64,000 nucleotides of DNA from Fimicolochytrium jonesii. Lineage: Eukaryota. The DNA lies in assembly GCF_025526975.1 (NCBI RefSeq), contig NW_026515681.1, positions 1 to 64,000 of the forward strand, in the 5' to 3' direction. Shown piece after piece: positions 10,081 through 21,353 of the stretch (position 1 is the stretch's first letter; each line of letters opens with the position of its first letter). The notes beneath the pieces are model-generated. The model searched no databases. It had not been told where the DNA came from and saw only the letters and a program-made list of their open reading frames with translations. Made by a program: the position numbers and the translations under genes.

Positions 10081-13000
10081 TTAGCGGCGGCGGCGGCGGC
10101 GTCGAGTTTGGTGTGGCCGCAGAGGAGGTGCTACGGGGACAGAGGAAGGCTTGTTGGGGTACGCGCTGTGGAAGTCCTGGAGGAGTGCGTCGGTATGGGT
10201 GAGGTGTTCCACGGGCTCCCAGGTGTTCTCGGAGTCAGGCCAGCCCTGCCATTTGACCAAGTACTGAAGGCGACGACAATGGATGCAAGGGTCAAGGATG
10301 GCTTTGACAACCCACTCTTCTTGACCCTCAACGGTCTCTGGGGGCGCGGGTTCGGGTTCGTGTCGTTCGGGGATGGTGAAGCGGGGTTCGAGGAGCGAGA
10401 CATGGAAGACATTGTGGATTTTGTACGTAGGCGGGAGCTTGAGCCGGTAGGCGACGGGATTGATTTTTTCAACGATGGGGAATGGCCCAATCTTGCGATG
10501 GTCGAGTTTCTGAGAGGGCCGGGTTGTATGGAGGTTTTTGCGGAGGAGCCAGACGTGGTCGCCAGGCTTGAAGTCCGGTCCAGGAATTCGTTTGGCGTCG
10601 GCGTAGCGCTTCATTTGATCTTGGGCTTCCTTGAGCTCGAGGGCGAGCTGTTCATGGACTTCCCTGATTTGTTTAGCGTGGGCTTCAGCGGCGGGGTTGA
10701 TGTATTCGGAGGTAGCAGAGGCCGCAAAACTGAAGCGGGGGTGGAGACCCTTGTTGGCGTAGAAAGGGGTGGTCTGGGAGGCCGACTGATGGGTGTTGTT
10801 GTAGGCGAACTCGGCGGACGACAGAAGCTGTTTCCAGTTGTCCTGTTGGTGGTTGCAAAATCATTGGAGATACTGCTCCAGGATCTGGTTGGTGCGTTCC
10901 GTCTGGCCATCGCTCTGGGGGTGGAAGGCCGAGGAGAGGTTGGCTTTTGCCCCAAGGAGTTCGAGAAGTCGACGCCAGAACCGGGACTTAAACTGGGGTC
11001 CTCGGTCAGAGATGACGTCGTCGGGGAGGCCGTGGAGACGGATGATGTTGTGGAAGACTAGGTCGGCGGTGGATTCGGCGGATTCTGACTCGCTGCAGGC
11101 GATGAAGTGGGCCATCTTGGTGAGGCGACAGTTGACGTTCAGGATGGAGTCGTACCCGTCCACGGGAGGCAGACCGGTGATAAAGTCCAGGGACCATGAT
11201 CCCCAAGGGCGGGTAGGGATACTGTTGGGCTGGAGTAAGCCGTATGGTTTGTGTCGACTGGATTTCGCTTGGCTACAGGTATCGCAGGACTTGACGTAGG
11301 CCTTGACGAAGCGCCACTGGCCGGGCCACCAGTAGTTGCGGGAGGCGAGTTCGAGCGTCTTGGACATCCCAAAGTGGCCGGCTAGGGGAGTATCGTGCAT
11401 GTCGTGGCAGACTTCAGCTCGGAGCTCGTTGGTGGGGACATAGACCAGGTTATTGTGCAGCAGGATCCCATCTTCGTCTGAGAACCGCTTGATACGATCT
11501 TGGGTTTCCTCAGTTCGTTGGGCGAGGGGTATCTTGAGCTTTTCGCGAATGGTCTTAGCGAGGGGATCAGAGGCCTGGGCGGCCTTAATCTTGTCAAGCA
11601 GCGTGGTATCCATGGGTGTGAGGTAGGCAGCCGCGAGTCGAAGGCGTTCGGGAGTCAAAATTGTGGTTGCCTGGGAGCGGAACGCTTCTTCCGCCTCTTT
11701 TAGCTCATGTTCGCAGCGTTGGGAGAGGGCATCGGCTTGGTGCTGCTGGGGACCGGTGCAATAGGTAATGACAAAGTCAAAATCCGAGAAGAATATCGAC
11801 CAGCGGGCTTGGCGGCGGTTCAGGGTGCGGGTGGTCATGAAGTACTGAAGGTTTTTGTGGTCGGAGTAAACAGTGATCTTGTGACGGGCGCCAATGAGAT
11901 GGTGTTGCCACTGGGCAAAGGAGTCTTGGATGGCCAGAAGTTCCTTGTCGTAGATCTCGTAGTTGATCTCTTCGGCCGTGAATTTGCGAGAGTGGAAGGC
12001 CACGGGGTGCAGCTGATTGTCCTGGTCAGGTTGGAGGAGAACTGCGCCAAGAGCGAAGTCGGAGGCGTCAGTTTCGACGACGAAGGGCTTCTCTGGGTCA
12101 GGGTGAGAAAGGATGGGGGCGGTGGTGAATGCTTTCTTCAGGTTCTCGAAGGCGGTGTTTGCGGCGGGTGTCCAGGCATACGGGATGTCTTTCCGGGTCA
12201 GGGCTGTGAGCGGGGTACCGATCTTGGAATAACCTTGGATGAATCGGCGATAGAAGTTGGCAAAGCCGAGGAACCGCTGGACGCCTTTGACATTCTTGGG
12301 AGGTTCCCAAACCGTGATGGCAGCGATCTTCTTGGGGTCCATCTGGATGCCTTTCTCAGAGATGATGAAGCCTAGGAACTCGACAGATTCGCGGTTGAAT
12401 TTGCACTTCTCTGGTTTGGCGTACAATCCATGCTGGCGGAGGCGGGACAAGACTTCGCGGACGTGCTTGGGGTGATCTTCGGGGTTCTTGGAGAATATCA
12501 GGATATCATCAAGTAGACAACAACAAACACATCGAGAATGACGCGGAAGATGTCGTTCATCAGGTACCGGAAAACGCCAGGAGCATTGCTGAGCCCAAAG
12601 GGCATGACATTGTATTCGAATAGGCCGTAGTGGCAGCGGAAGGCGGTCTTCCATTCATTGCCCGGGCGCATGCGTAAGAGGTTGTAAGCGCCGCGGAGGT
12701 CGATCTTGGTGAGACAGCGGGCGCCGCGCAAACGGTCCATGATACCGTTGATCAGGGGCAGGGGGTAGCGATTCTTCACCGTGATGCTGTTCAGGCCTCG
12801 ATAATCCACGCAGAGGCGGAGAGAACCGTCCTTTTTCTTCACGAATAAGACTGGCGCACCGGCAGGGGACTTTGAGGGTTTGATGAATCCTTTGGCGAGG
12901 TTTTCTTCGAGGTATTCGCAGAGTGCCTTCATTTCTGGTTCGCTGAGGCTGTAGATCGGGCCGAAAGGTGGCTGCTTGCCTTCTTCCAGATCGATTGGAC

Positions 13001-13991
13001 AGTCGTAGGGCCGGTGCTCGGGGAGAGTGTCAGCATTTCTCTTTTCGAAAACGTCGGCGAAGTCTTGATACTCGGGGGGCAGGAAGTCTTTGATGTCTTT
13101 CTCGGGTGTCGGGGGGTTACTGGGGCTGGGCGAGGCCGGGAGATCGGGTTTCGCAGGGTTGGCGTAGGCGACAAAGACCTGGTCATGCCTTGCTGCGACC
13201 CGGAAGGCTGGGGCGGAGATGAACAAGACTCGGAGCGGCGTGGGAGCCGGTTCTGGGGTGCTGGAGCGAGATACCTTGGGTACTGGAATCGACTATGTTT
13301 TGTTGACGGGGACTTCATCCTGGGGGATGCGGATGAAGGGCTCGGGGGTTCTGGCGGGTGCTGGGCTCGGGGGTGCTGGAGAGTTGTCCCAATTCGCGAA
13401 TTCATGGTACTGACAGTCGCAACGGAAACCGACCGAAAGGTTCTTGAAGTCAAGGTTAATGTCGTGGAGGCGGAGCCAGGGGAGACCAAGGAGGATTGGG
13501 GCATGGGGTGATTTGGTGACATGGAAGACGAGTTCTTCGAAGTGGTCGTTGACCCACATGCCTACTGGTTGGGTGTGATGGGTGATTGGCCCAGCAGAGC
13601 TGGGTTGACCGTCAACGAGTTCGATCGTCAGTGGACACTGATGCGGGACTAGGGCAATGCGGTGTTTGCGGGCAAAGTCTCTGTCGATGAAGCAGGACAG
13701 GGCACCGTTGTTGATCATGGCTGAGGTAGGTATCGGGGCGCGGCTGGATGATACCATGATGGTAACGGGGTAGTTGAAGGGTTCGATGGGACCCAGCGCA
13801 AGCATGGCGCGGGGGTTAATTTCGGAGTTTTTGACATGGGCAGCGGCTAGGAGGGTTGTGTTGGCTATAACGGAGTCGGGAACCAGGGGGGTGGCCTCTC
13901 CCGTTGCAGGAGCTGCGAGGTTAGGAGGCCCGGGGTGATGTGTGTTGTCCAGTCGCTGGGGCTTTACTGCGGCTGGACTTTGGGAAAACCC
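10081..13991 (-). pseudogene. pol of element B (protease, RT, RNase H, integrase, chromodomain), disabled
   Basis: [20 protein letters not shown], a frameshift at YLDD (~12510), ETDASDFALG, SDRGPQF and QSDGQTER, chromodomain YLVKWQGWPDSENTWEP. In-frame stops at 13293-13295 and 10861-10863. The protease motif is degraded to INNGA. Confidence 0.92.
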
Positions 13992-14962
13992 TGTACGGTG
14001 GAGGGTTCTTTGATGTCGACGTTGGCGGCACGGGTGGTGGTCTTGTTCTTGACGCGGCAGACTTTTGCAATGTGCCCCGCGCCACCGCAGTAAAGGCAGA
14101 GGTTATTGGAAATGCGGCGTTGGCGTTCCTGAGGGCTCAGAGGGCCGCGGGGATGAGCAGCGTCAATCTGCATAGGCTCGCTGTGGTCGACGGTGGTGGT
14201 AGTAGTAAACGAGGTATGGGGAACTGGGAAGGTCTGGCGGCTTCTGTTTCGCTCCAGGCGGCGCTCAAACAGCCGGTTATCGCACTGGATAGCCCGCTCC
14301 ATCACCACATCAATGGTGGCCGCAGGGGGCATCGTGAGCATCAGGTCTTTGACGTCTTCTTTGAGGCCACGGCGGAAGGTAGCAATCAGGGCCTGGTCGT
14401 TCCAGGAGACATCGCATTGTAGCTGGCGGAACTCAGCGACATACTCGGTTGCTGCACGGGTTTGGCGAAGGTTCTGGAGCTTGTTTTCAGAGGTGCGGAC
14501 CCTGTCGCCGTCTCCGAAGACAGATTGCATCTGACCGATAAAACTATCGAAGTTCTGAAGGCTGTGATCTTGGCGTTCGACTAGGGGCGCCATCCAGGCT
14601 TGCGCAGTGCCGGTGAGGTAGGTGCCAATCGTTTGGATGTTGATGATGTCGCTGGGGTAGCGGTCGGGCTGGAGAGCAAACATCAACCGGATGTTGTTCA
14701 ACCACCCACGGAATTTGCTGCGGGTACCATCGAACTTCTCGGGCGAGCTGATTCTTGGCTCCATAGCAGGGTTGGTGACTTGGGGACGGGTGTACGCATC
14801 GGCTTGAACCTGGGCGGCGATGCTCTGGGCAGCTTGTGCGTCGGCTTGGGCTTGCGCTAGGGTGGCCTGCAAGTTGGCGTTTTGGCTTTGCAAGGCGGCG
14901 ATGGCTTGGCACATATCATTCCATTGCTTGGCGGTGAAAGGTACGGATTCGGGTTGGGACAT
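13964..14962 (-). CDS. Gag of element B (retrotransposon gag plus CCHC zinc knuckle), 332 aa
   Basis: Intact ORF with PEKFDGTRSKFRGW, LRQTRAATEYVAEF and the knuckle CLYCGGAGHIAKVC. Confidence 0.92.
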   Translation of the reverse strand: MSQPESVPFTAKQWNDMCQAIAALQSQNANLQATLAQAQADAQAAQSIAAQVQADAYTRPQVTNPAMEPRISSPEKFDGTRSKFRGWLNNIRLMFALQPDRYPSDIINIQTIGTYLTGTAQAWMAPLVERQDHSLQNFDSFIGQMQSVFGDGDRVRTSENKLQNLRQTRAATEYVAEFRQLQCDVSWNDQALIATFRRGLKEDVKDLMLTMPPAATIDVVMERAIQCDNRLFERRLERNRSRQTFPVPHTSFTTTTTVDHSEPMQIDAAHPRGPLSPQERQRRISNNLCLYCGGAGHIAKVCRVKNKTTTRAANVDIKEPSTVQGFPKVQPQ

Positions 14963-15236
14963 TGTCAGGGATATCTCATCTCCACCTGTATTTCATATTA
15001 TATCTCTTTACTTCTACTTGATCCGAGACCCGGGCTGGCCACCCAAGCTCTCGGTGATACATTACATAAGGCGCCAAGCCTGACTGAAGCCACGCAAGCC
15101 CCACTGGCAGCCCATATATAAAGCTGTCAGTCGCGGCCGCTGCGAAAAGCTTCTTACTTTTTTTCTTCACCACAATACACTGCTCTCAGCTCTCTCGGAA
15201 GGGCCCAATATCGTCTACGTTTCCTCTGATGTTGCA
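14963..15236 (+). repeat. 5' LTR of C2 (right boundary uncertain by a few tens of bp)
   Basis: Starts TGTCAGGGATATC and contains TATATAAA; clear homology with the 3' copy ends at GTTGCA. Confidence 0.85.
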
Positions 15237-15319
15237 CCTACCGCTAGCATCACCAAGACATTCCTCGTCAACGTCGCCCCTCTACCGGACGTTGCCCGTA
15301 CACTCGTTCACAAGCCAGA

Positions 15320-16630
15320 ATGGACCAACAAACTGAAGTTCTTGTTGCAGCTGTTGCAGCTGCTCTCGCTAGTCAGCAGCGTGCTGTTACTCAAGACACC
15401 CAACGAGCTGAACGTTTCAAACTTCTTATGGACGCTCGCAAAAACAAGCTCGTTGAATACAATGGCGCCAAAGCTGCCAAAAAGACCAAAGAGTTCGTTA
15501 CGTCTCACCACAACTTTCTCGACTTTCTCACTGTCCGAGCTGTACCAGCTGGAACAGACGGCACTGGAGCTGCCAACGCCATAGCCTTTACTATGGCAGA
15601 GTATGCCCCTACGCTCACTACCTACCTCAAAAGTACTGCTCTCGAGTGGTACAATACGACTTACGCCGCTGGACCTCCCGCAAATTGGGCAGCTTTCGAA
15701 ACGGCTCTTGTTGCTCACTTTTATCCTCACAACTTGCGTAATACTATTGAGCTCAAGCTCTCCGGCCTCAAGCTTGGCAACTGTCTTGAGAAATATATCA
15801 AGGAGTTTCAAGACACCAATGAAGAGCTCGAAGCTGCTCATTGTCTCCATAACACTCAAGGCACCATTCCACTTATCGATCAAATTCGATACTTCAAGGC
15901 CGGTCTTCTCAAGAATACCGTAATCGGTCATTATCTCGCTGAAGCCGTTACAAACTTCGAAGTCTCAAGCACTATTAACATCCACACCCCTATCACTCTC
16001 GATCAAGCCATCACTGCAGCTCGTTGTGCTCATGTGGCTCACGGGTTCACTGACGGCAACCAAGTCAATACGCCTTGTCCGATTGCCTCGGCATCAAGTG
16101 CTCGTGGCGGCTGTGGAGCCAGCCGCGGTCAAGGTAGTCGTGGCAGTGGTCTTGGCGGACGATTCGCCCCCTACACCAATCCTCGAATTACGGAATTCGA
16201 GCAAGACTTAGATGATATGACCTTTGGGCTCAATGCCCTCGGTACGTCATACTATATCCCTGGAGTGAGTCGTCTCACTACAGGTCAAGTACCCTATCAA
16301 CGTCAACAGCCCTTTCGTCGGCGTGGACAATGGCAAACTACTTATGTTCCTCGTCAACGTCCAACGACTCCTTGTCCCCTTTGTAACAAAATGGGACATT
16401 GGAGAGTTGAATGCTGGTCAAATCCCAAAAATCGACAGCAAGGCTTGCAAACCCTGAACCGACGTGGTGGTTTTCAACAGCGCGGTCATGGCGCTCAAAC
16501 TCCGCAGCGCAGTTGCCAACCTAATCATGCTGGGTCATGCATTACGGAAATTCTCGATGACGCCGTCAACTCTGCAAATACTGCGAATACTACTACAAAT
16601 CAATCTTCAAGTTTTTTCCAAGGTCGATAG
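15320..16630 (+). CDS. Gag of element C2 with CCHC zinc knuckle, 436 aa
   Basis: Intact ORF after the 5' LTR with YLKSTALEWY...WAAFETALVAHF and the knuckle CPLCNKMGHWRVEC. Confidence 0.88.
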   Translation: MDQQTEVLVAAVAAALASQQRAVTQDTQRAERFKLLMDARKNKLVEYNGAKAAKKTKEFVTSHHNFLDFLTVRAVPAGTDGTGAANAIAFTMAEYAPTLTTYLKSTALEWYNTTYAAGPPANWAAFETALVAHFYPHNLRNTIELKLSGLKLGNCLEKYIKEFQDTNEELEAAHCLHNTQGTIPLIDQIRYFKAGLLKNTVIGHYLAEAVTNFEVSSTINIHTPITLDQAITAARCAHVAHGFTDGNQVNTPCPIASASSARGGCGASRGQGSRGSGLGGRFAPYTNPRITEFEQDLDDMTFGLNALGTSYYIPGVSRLTTGQVPYQRQQPFRRRGQWQTTYVPRQRPTTPCPLCNKMGHWRVECWSNPKNRQQGLQTLNRRGGFQQRGHGAQTPQRSCQPNHAGSCITEILDDAVNSANTANTTTNQSSSFFQGR

Positions 16631-19600
16631 AGCCCCTCGGTAGCTCTGCTCGGCCTACAACATACAATCCTACCAAAGAACCTGCCTTCGAACCACTGTC
16701 CGCTGGACTCTGGGTCTCTCATTGTCGCATCGGAAACAAGTTTGCTTGTGTTCTTTTTGATAGCGGTGCAACTGGGTTATTCCTTGACAAGACATCCGTC
16801 GAAAAGCACAAACTTCCCAAGAAACGTATCGAACCAAAGCAGATATGGCTGGCCGACAAGGAATCATACATGATTCTCGACACGGTTGTTTTGGAAACAT
16901 AAGATCTATGGGATCTCGAATCTCAGTCGCTTTTCTTAGTTGGACAACTTCCCTGGCTAGTCGGTAATCTGGCTTACGACGCTATTATTGGAATGCCTTT
17001 CTGGCATTTCTTTGATTACGCTGAACAATTCTCGATGAGTACCTTACCTATCCTTCGCTGGACCAATTACGGCCCTATCCCAAACGCACCGCACTCTGTT
17101 ACCATCAAGTGCAAAAGAACTTCAAGAAACTGGGAAGACGTCGAATACATCCCGAAACACAACAACCCTTACTTCGATGTTCAACGAGATCCGGTCTATG
17201 ACAAAAGACCCGTTCGACCTATTCCGATCATCAAACCTGTGGATACTCGTCCTCTACAAGCCGCACCTCATTATGTATCTCGATTCGCTCAAGCCAATGC
17301 CCTTCGCAATCCTCAAGTCATAGAGATGACTTCCAAGCGATTGAATAAGGCTTGGCAACGGAACTAGTTTGAAAAAGACACAGTCTGTCACCTTGCTCTT
17401 AATGAAATACCGGACGGCCCCCAAGAGCTTAAAGGAAATCCTGGACATCTTGAGGATATCCTAGATAAATACGTTAATACGCTCTTCAAGGAATCGGAAG
17501 GTCTACCCCCTGATCGCGGAGAGGACAACTTCAAGATCGAACTCACTGAAGGTGCTGAACCCGTTTGGCAACCTCTTGGGCACATGAACAAAGAAGAACT
17601 CGCTGAACTCAACAAACAAATCACCTCAATGCTCGAAAAAGGATGGATACAACACTCCTCAAGTCTCTGGGGAGCTAGTGTCATCTTTGCGAAAAAGAAA
17701 GATGGCGGATTACGCATCTGTTGGGACTACGGAGGTCTCGACGCGGTCACCAAGAAAGATCGCACTCCTTTACCCAATATTCGTGAGATGAGGGATCGGA
17801 CTCAAGGTTGTAAATGGTTTACGCTTATTCGATATTCGAGAAGCAGTACCATCGTCTTCTTATACGAAAACAAGATAGAGAAAAAACGGCAATACGAACT
17901 CGTTTCGGACATTTCGAGTATTTGGTCATGCCGTTCGGGCTTACCAACGCACCTGCTGCATTTCAACGTCTTATGAATAAGATCTTGCATAAAGATTACG
18001 AAGAATTCCTCGCTACATACTTGGACGACATTTTCATTTTCTCGAAAGACTCTAGCTGAACATCGGGAACGCGTCGGATCGTATCCTGAAGAAACTTGAA
18101 GAACCCGCTCTTTTCATCAAGCCTTCAAAGTGCGTATGGGCTAAAGAAGAACTCGAATGGTGTGGACATATTGTCGGAAGACATGGTGTTCGCATCGCGC
18201 CCTCAAAAATCCAAGCTATCAGGGATTGGGCTACTCCAAAGTCAACGAAAGGAGTCCAAAGCTTTCTCGGGTTCACGAACTACTTCCTTGACTTTGTACA
18301 AGGTTATTTGGACATCGCTCTGCCCCTATCAAGCATTCAATCCTCGAAAGTCAAATTTCGATGGGGTCCTGAGCAACAAGAGGCATTTCAAAAGTTGAAA
18401 GAAGCGTTGATCAATGCGCCTACGCTAGCAACAATCGATGAATCCAAGCCGATTTACGTCTACACCGACTCATCAGGCTACGCTACTGCTGGCTGGAAGG
18501 GACAACCTTCTGGCGATGAAACGATCCCTACGAATCTGCCTACTCTTGTCGGACAATGGAAGAAGTTACCTCGGCTCTGGCCTGTGGTCTTCTTTTCTAG
18601 AAAGATGAAGGACGCAGAAACTCGATATTCTACGCACGAACAGGAGCTCTTAGCTCTTGTCAAGATGTTGGTCGCCAACCAACCATATCTCTTCGGTCGT
18701 TACTTCCGATGTTTTAGCGATCATAAGGAACTAGAATTCATCCAAACGCAACCCCATTTGAGCAGAAGACAAGCCAATTGGGTCGAGAAGCTGCAAGAGT
18801 ATGATTTTGACATCCAGTATTTACCTGGACGATGGAATCATATCGCCAACATGCTCTCCCGCAATCCAATCTATGCGCCTCGGTGTGTAGATTGTCAACG
18901 ACGCCTCGACATGCATACGCGGATCAGCAACATGCTTGTCAATGAACCTTCCTCCAACGCTACAACAGACGATCCACGAAACTCACCTACCTGCTCAGAA
19001 GAAGGATGGAAAAAAGCGCTACGCGAAGATCCATATTCGGATTATCTCGATGAGATTTCTCGAGAGCCCCAACACGAGAAAACTTCCAAAGGACTCCGTT
19101 CTACTGTCAAAAATGGACTAGTACGACACAAAGGACGTCTATACGTTTCTGAAGGCATTTGCCCTAAGATTTTACGGAAATTCCATGACGAACTCGCCAC
19201 CGGAGGACATCTCGGTGTTAAGAAGACTCTCGCGAGAATTCTTACGGACTATTACTGGCCTACCGTATGCTCCGATGTCATCAAATACGTTGGAACTTGC
19301 AAATCCTGTCGACAATTCAAACCTGGTCATCGTCGATACGGATTTCTTCGACCTCTTCCTATACCTTTTGGAAGATGGCACACGGTCGGATTCTACATTT
19401 TCGAAGTAGATGAAACAGACTCTTGTCTCGTCTGCATAGATTACCTTTCCGGACGTGTGATTCTGACACCGATCAAGAAGACAATCACTGGACGCGAACT
19501 AGCCCAAGTCTTTCTAGATGATGTTTGGAAACATGTCGGAACGCCAAAAGTCTTCGTTACGGATCGGGAAACTCGGGCACTTTCCGACTTCTTCCTCGCA

Positions 19601-20434
19601 TTCGATATTCTCCTCGGTGTAAAACACGAATTCGCTACGGCTCGTCATCAGCAAACTGACGGTAAAGTTGAGCGAGCCATCCAAACCCCGAAAAGGATTT
19701 GGAAGCAATACCTCAACTACGACAAAAGCAATTGGAAGAAACTATTGCCTTTAATTGAATTCACATACAACACTGCTCCGAGGGAGGAATATGAAGGTTT
19801 ATCGCCATTCGAAGTAGATCTAGTACGCTCTCCAATCCTCCCGGGTTGGAATCCAACACTCGAAGGACAAGAACTCAAACTTCGAGCTGTAGATCGAAAC
19901 AAAATCAAACTCTTCAAGAAAGGGCAGGAAGACATCGCCCGTATTGTACGGGAAAACCTTCAGAGATCGCAAGATCAATTCGCACGTCAACACGACAAAG
20001 GTCGAACGCCAATTGCATACAAAATTGGCTACTTCGTTGATCTGAATCGACAAGGAATCAACCTAGAAGTAGACGCTCGAAGAGGACTTCAACACTCAGC
20101 TTCATGGATCGGACCATTCAAAACCATCGCACTGGGAGCACATCCTGACACCTACGAACTCGATTTATCACCGTCAAAAATCAGCGGCATCTGGCCCGTC
20201 TTTCACGTTGATATTTTACGACCACATCGCGAAGAGCAATATCCGCAATGTGCAGTTCCACAACCTCCTGCACCGATCGAAGAACGCGGACAACCTGAAT
20301 GAGTTGTAGAAGTTATCATCGACGAGCGACGCGCCGTATGAAATCTTCTAGTCAAATGGCTCGGTTATCCTGACCCTACTTGGGAACCCGAATCCGCACT
20401 TTGCTACACGCCTGCCTACAAACGATGGCAATAA
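16612..20434 (+). pseudogene. pol of C2 (protease, RT, RNase H, integrase, chromodomain), disabled by stops and frameshifts
   Basis: Protease VLFDSGATG at ~16750-16776 in the -1 frame relative to gag; YLDD; integrase VTDRE and QTDGKVER; chromodomain LLVKWLGYPDPTWEPES beyond the TGA at 20300-20302. Confidence 0.9.
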
Positions 20435-20479
20435 GCTCACCCACAATCTTTGTGGATACGGAGACAAACAGCATAGAGC

Positions 20480-20700
20480 ATCTCATATCACATCACACGC
20501 GCGACGCCGCAAGAACCGCTCACTATCAATCACACCGCTAACAATAGCGACGTAAACTACATCACATCACGCGCGGCGACGCAAGAACCGACCTTACACA
20601 CACACATCACACACGACGTCTGCTTAGGGACGCCTTTGCCTCAGATACACACATCACACAGTGCGTCAACACTATAAAATGAACAAGTGCGTCAACACTT
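20480..20700 (+). repeat. Short direct repeats in the 3' UTR of family C (mirrored at ~5850-6070)
   Basis: CATCAC(A)CGCG...CGCAAGAACCG occurs twice, GTGCGTCAACACT twice, plus CACACATCACAC units. Confidence 0.75.
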
Positions 20701-20789
20701 TAGAATGAACATGAGCTCTCCCTTTCTTCACATATCCCTCGTAGTTCACCTCTTATTTATTCGGCGCGCTCCTCAGGATCTGAGGGAGG

Positions 20790-21067
20790 TGTCGGGGATA
20801 TCTCATCTTCACTTGTATTTCATATTATATCTCTTTACTTCTACTTGATCCGAGACCCGGGCTGGCCACCCAAGCTCTCAGTGATACATTACATAAGGCG
20901 CCAAGCCTCACTGAAGCCACGCAAGCCCCACTGGCAGTCCATATATAAAGCTGTCAGTCGAGGGGCCGCTGCGAAAAGCTTCTTACTTTTTCTCTTCACT
21001 ACAATACACTGCTCTCAGCCCTCTCGGAAGGGCCCATAATATTGTCTACGTTTCCTCTGACGTTACA
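20790..21067 (+). repeat. 3' LTR of C2
   Basis: Starts TGTCGGGGATATC right after the PPT; about a dozen substitutions and two small indels versus the 5' LTR. Confidence 0.88.
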
Positions 21068-21353
21068 GCTCCTGTAGCACACAACAATGGCAAAAGGGCC
21101 TTTGGTGCCCCCAGGGAGCTAACAACACCGCTTTGCGAAACTCTTGCTACCAGCTGTGCCGTGTCTGCTTACGTAAGACATTTCCAAAGAAATCTTATGT
21201 AAGCAGTGAGATTAACTGTCAGTGTCACTGTCAAAACGTCCAAAACAAGTTTTGGAAACCTCAGTCACGCTCCGACCCAAAAAAATTTCCGAAAGGCATT
21301 TTGACGCGGATGGCTCCCCATACGCTTATGGTATGGACGCGTCGTCCATAACA
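21068..21353 (-). repeat. Partial LTR of a third A/B-family variant (D); marks the right edge of the TE nest
   Basis: Ends GCTTATGGTATGGACGCGTCGTCCATAACA like the A and B LTRs, but the preceding ~250 bp match neither. Confidence 0.7.

Larger units (their letters stand above)
9505..14962 (-). mobile_element. Gypsy chromovirus element B (3' LTR, pol, gag; 5' LTR and leader missing)
   Basis: LTR 9505-10068, PPT, and complete gag-PR-RT-RH-IN-chromodomain order. The element is cut immediately upstream of the gag ATG by a C LTR. Confidence 0.93.
14963..21067 (+). mobile_element. Family-C Gypsy chromovirus element C2 (two LTRs, gag, disabled pol)
   Basis: Direct repeats 14963-15236 and 20790-21067, PPT TCTGAGGGAGG at 20779-20789, and gag-PR-RT-RH-IN-chromodomain order. 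No matching TSD (GACAT vs GCTCC). Confidence 0.92.

Noticed and set aside
10048..14912. Long antisense and alternative-frame ORFs over element B (and similarly over A)
   Set aside because: Shadow ORFs of GC-rich gag/pol with no recognisable motifs.
15237..15255. Minus-strand TGGTGATGCTAGCGGTAGG next to the C2 5' LTR as a tRNA PBS
   Set aside because: Wrong strand and orientation relative to gag/pol and the PPT.
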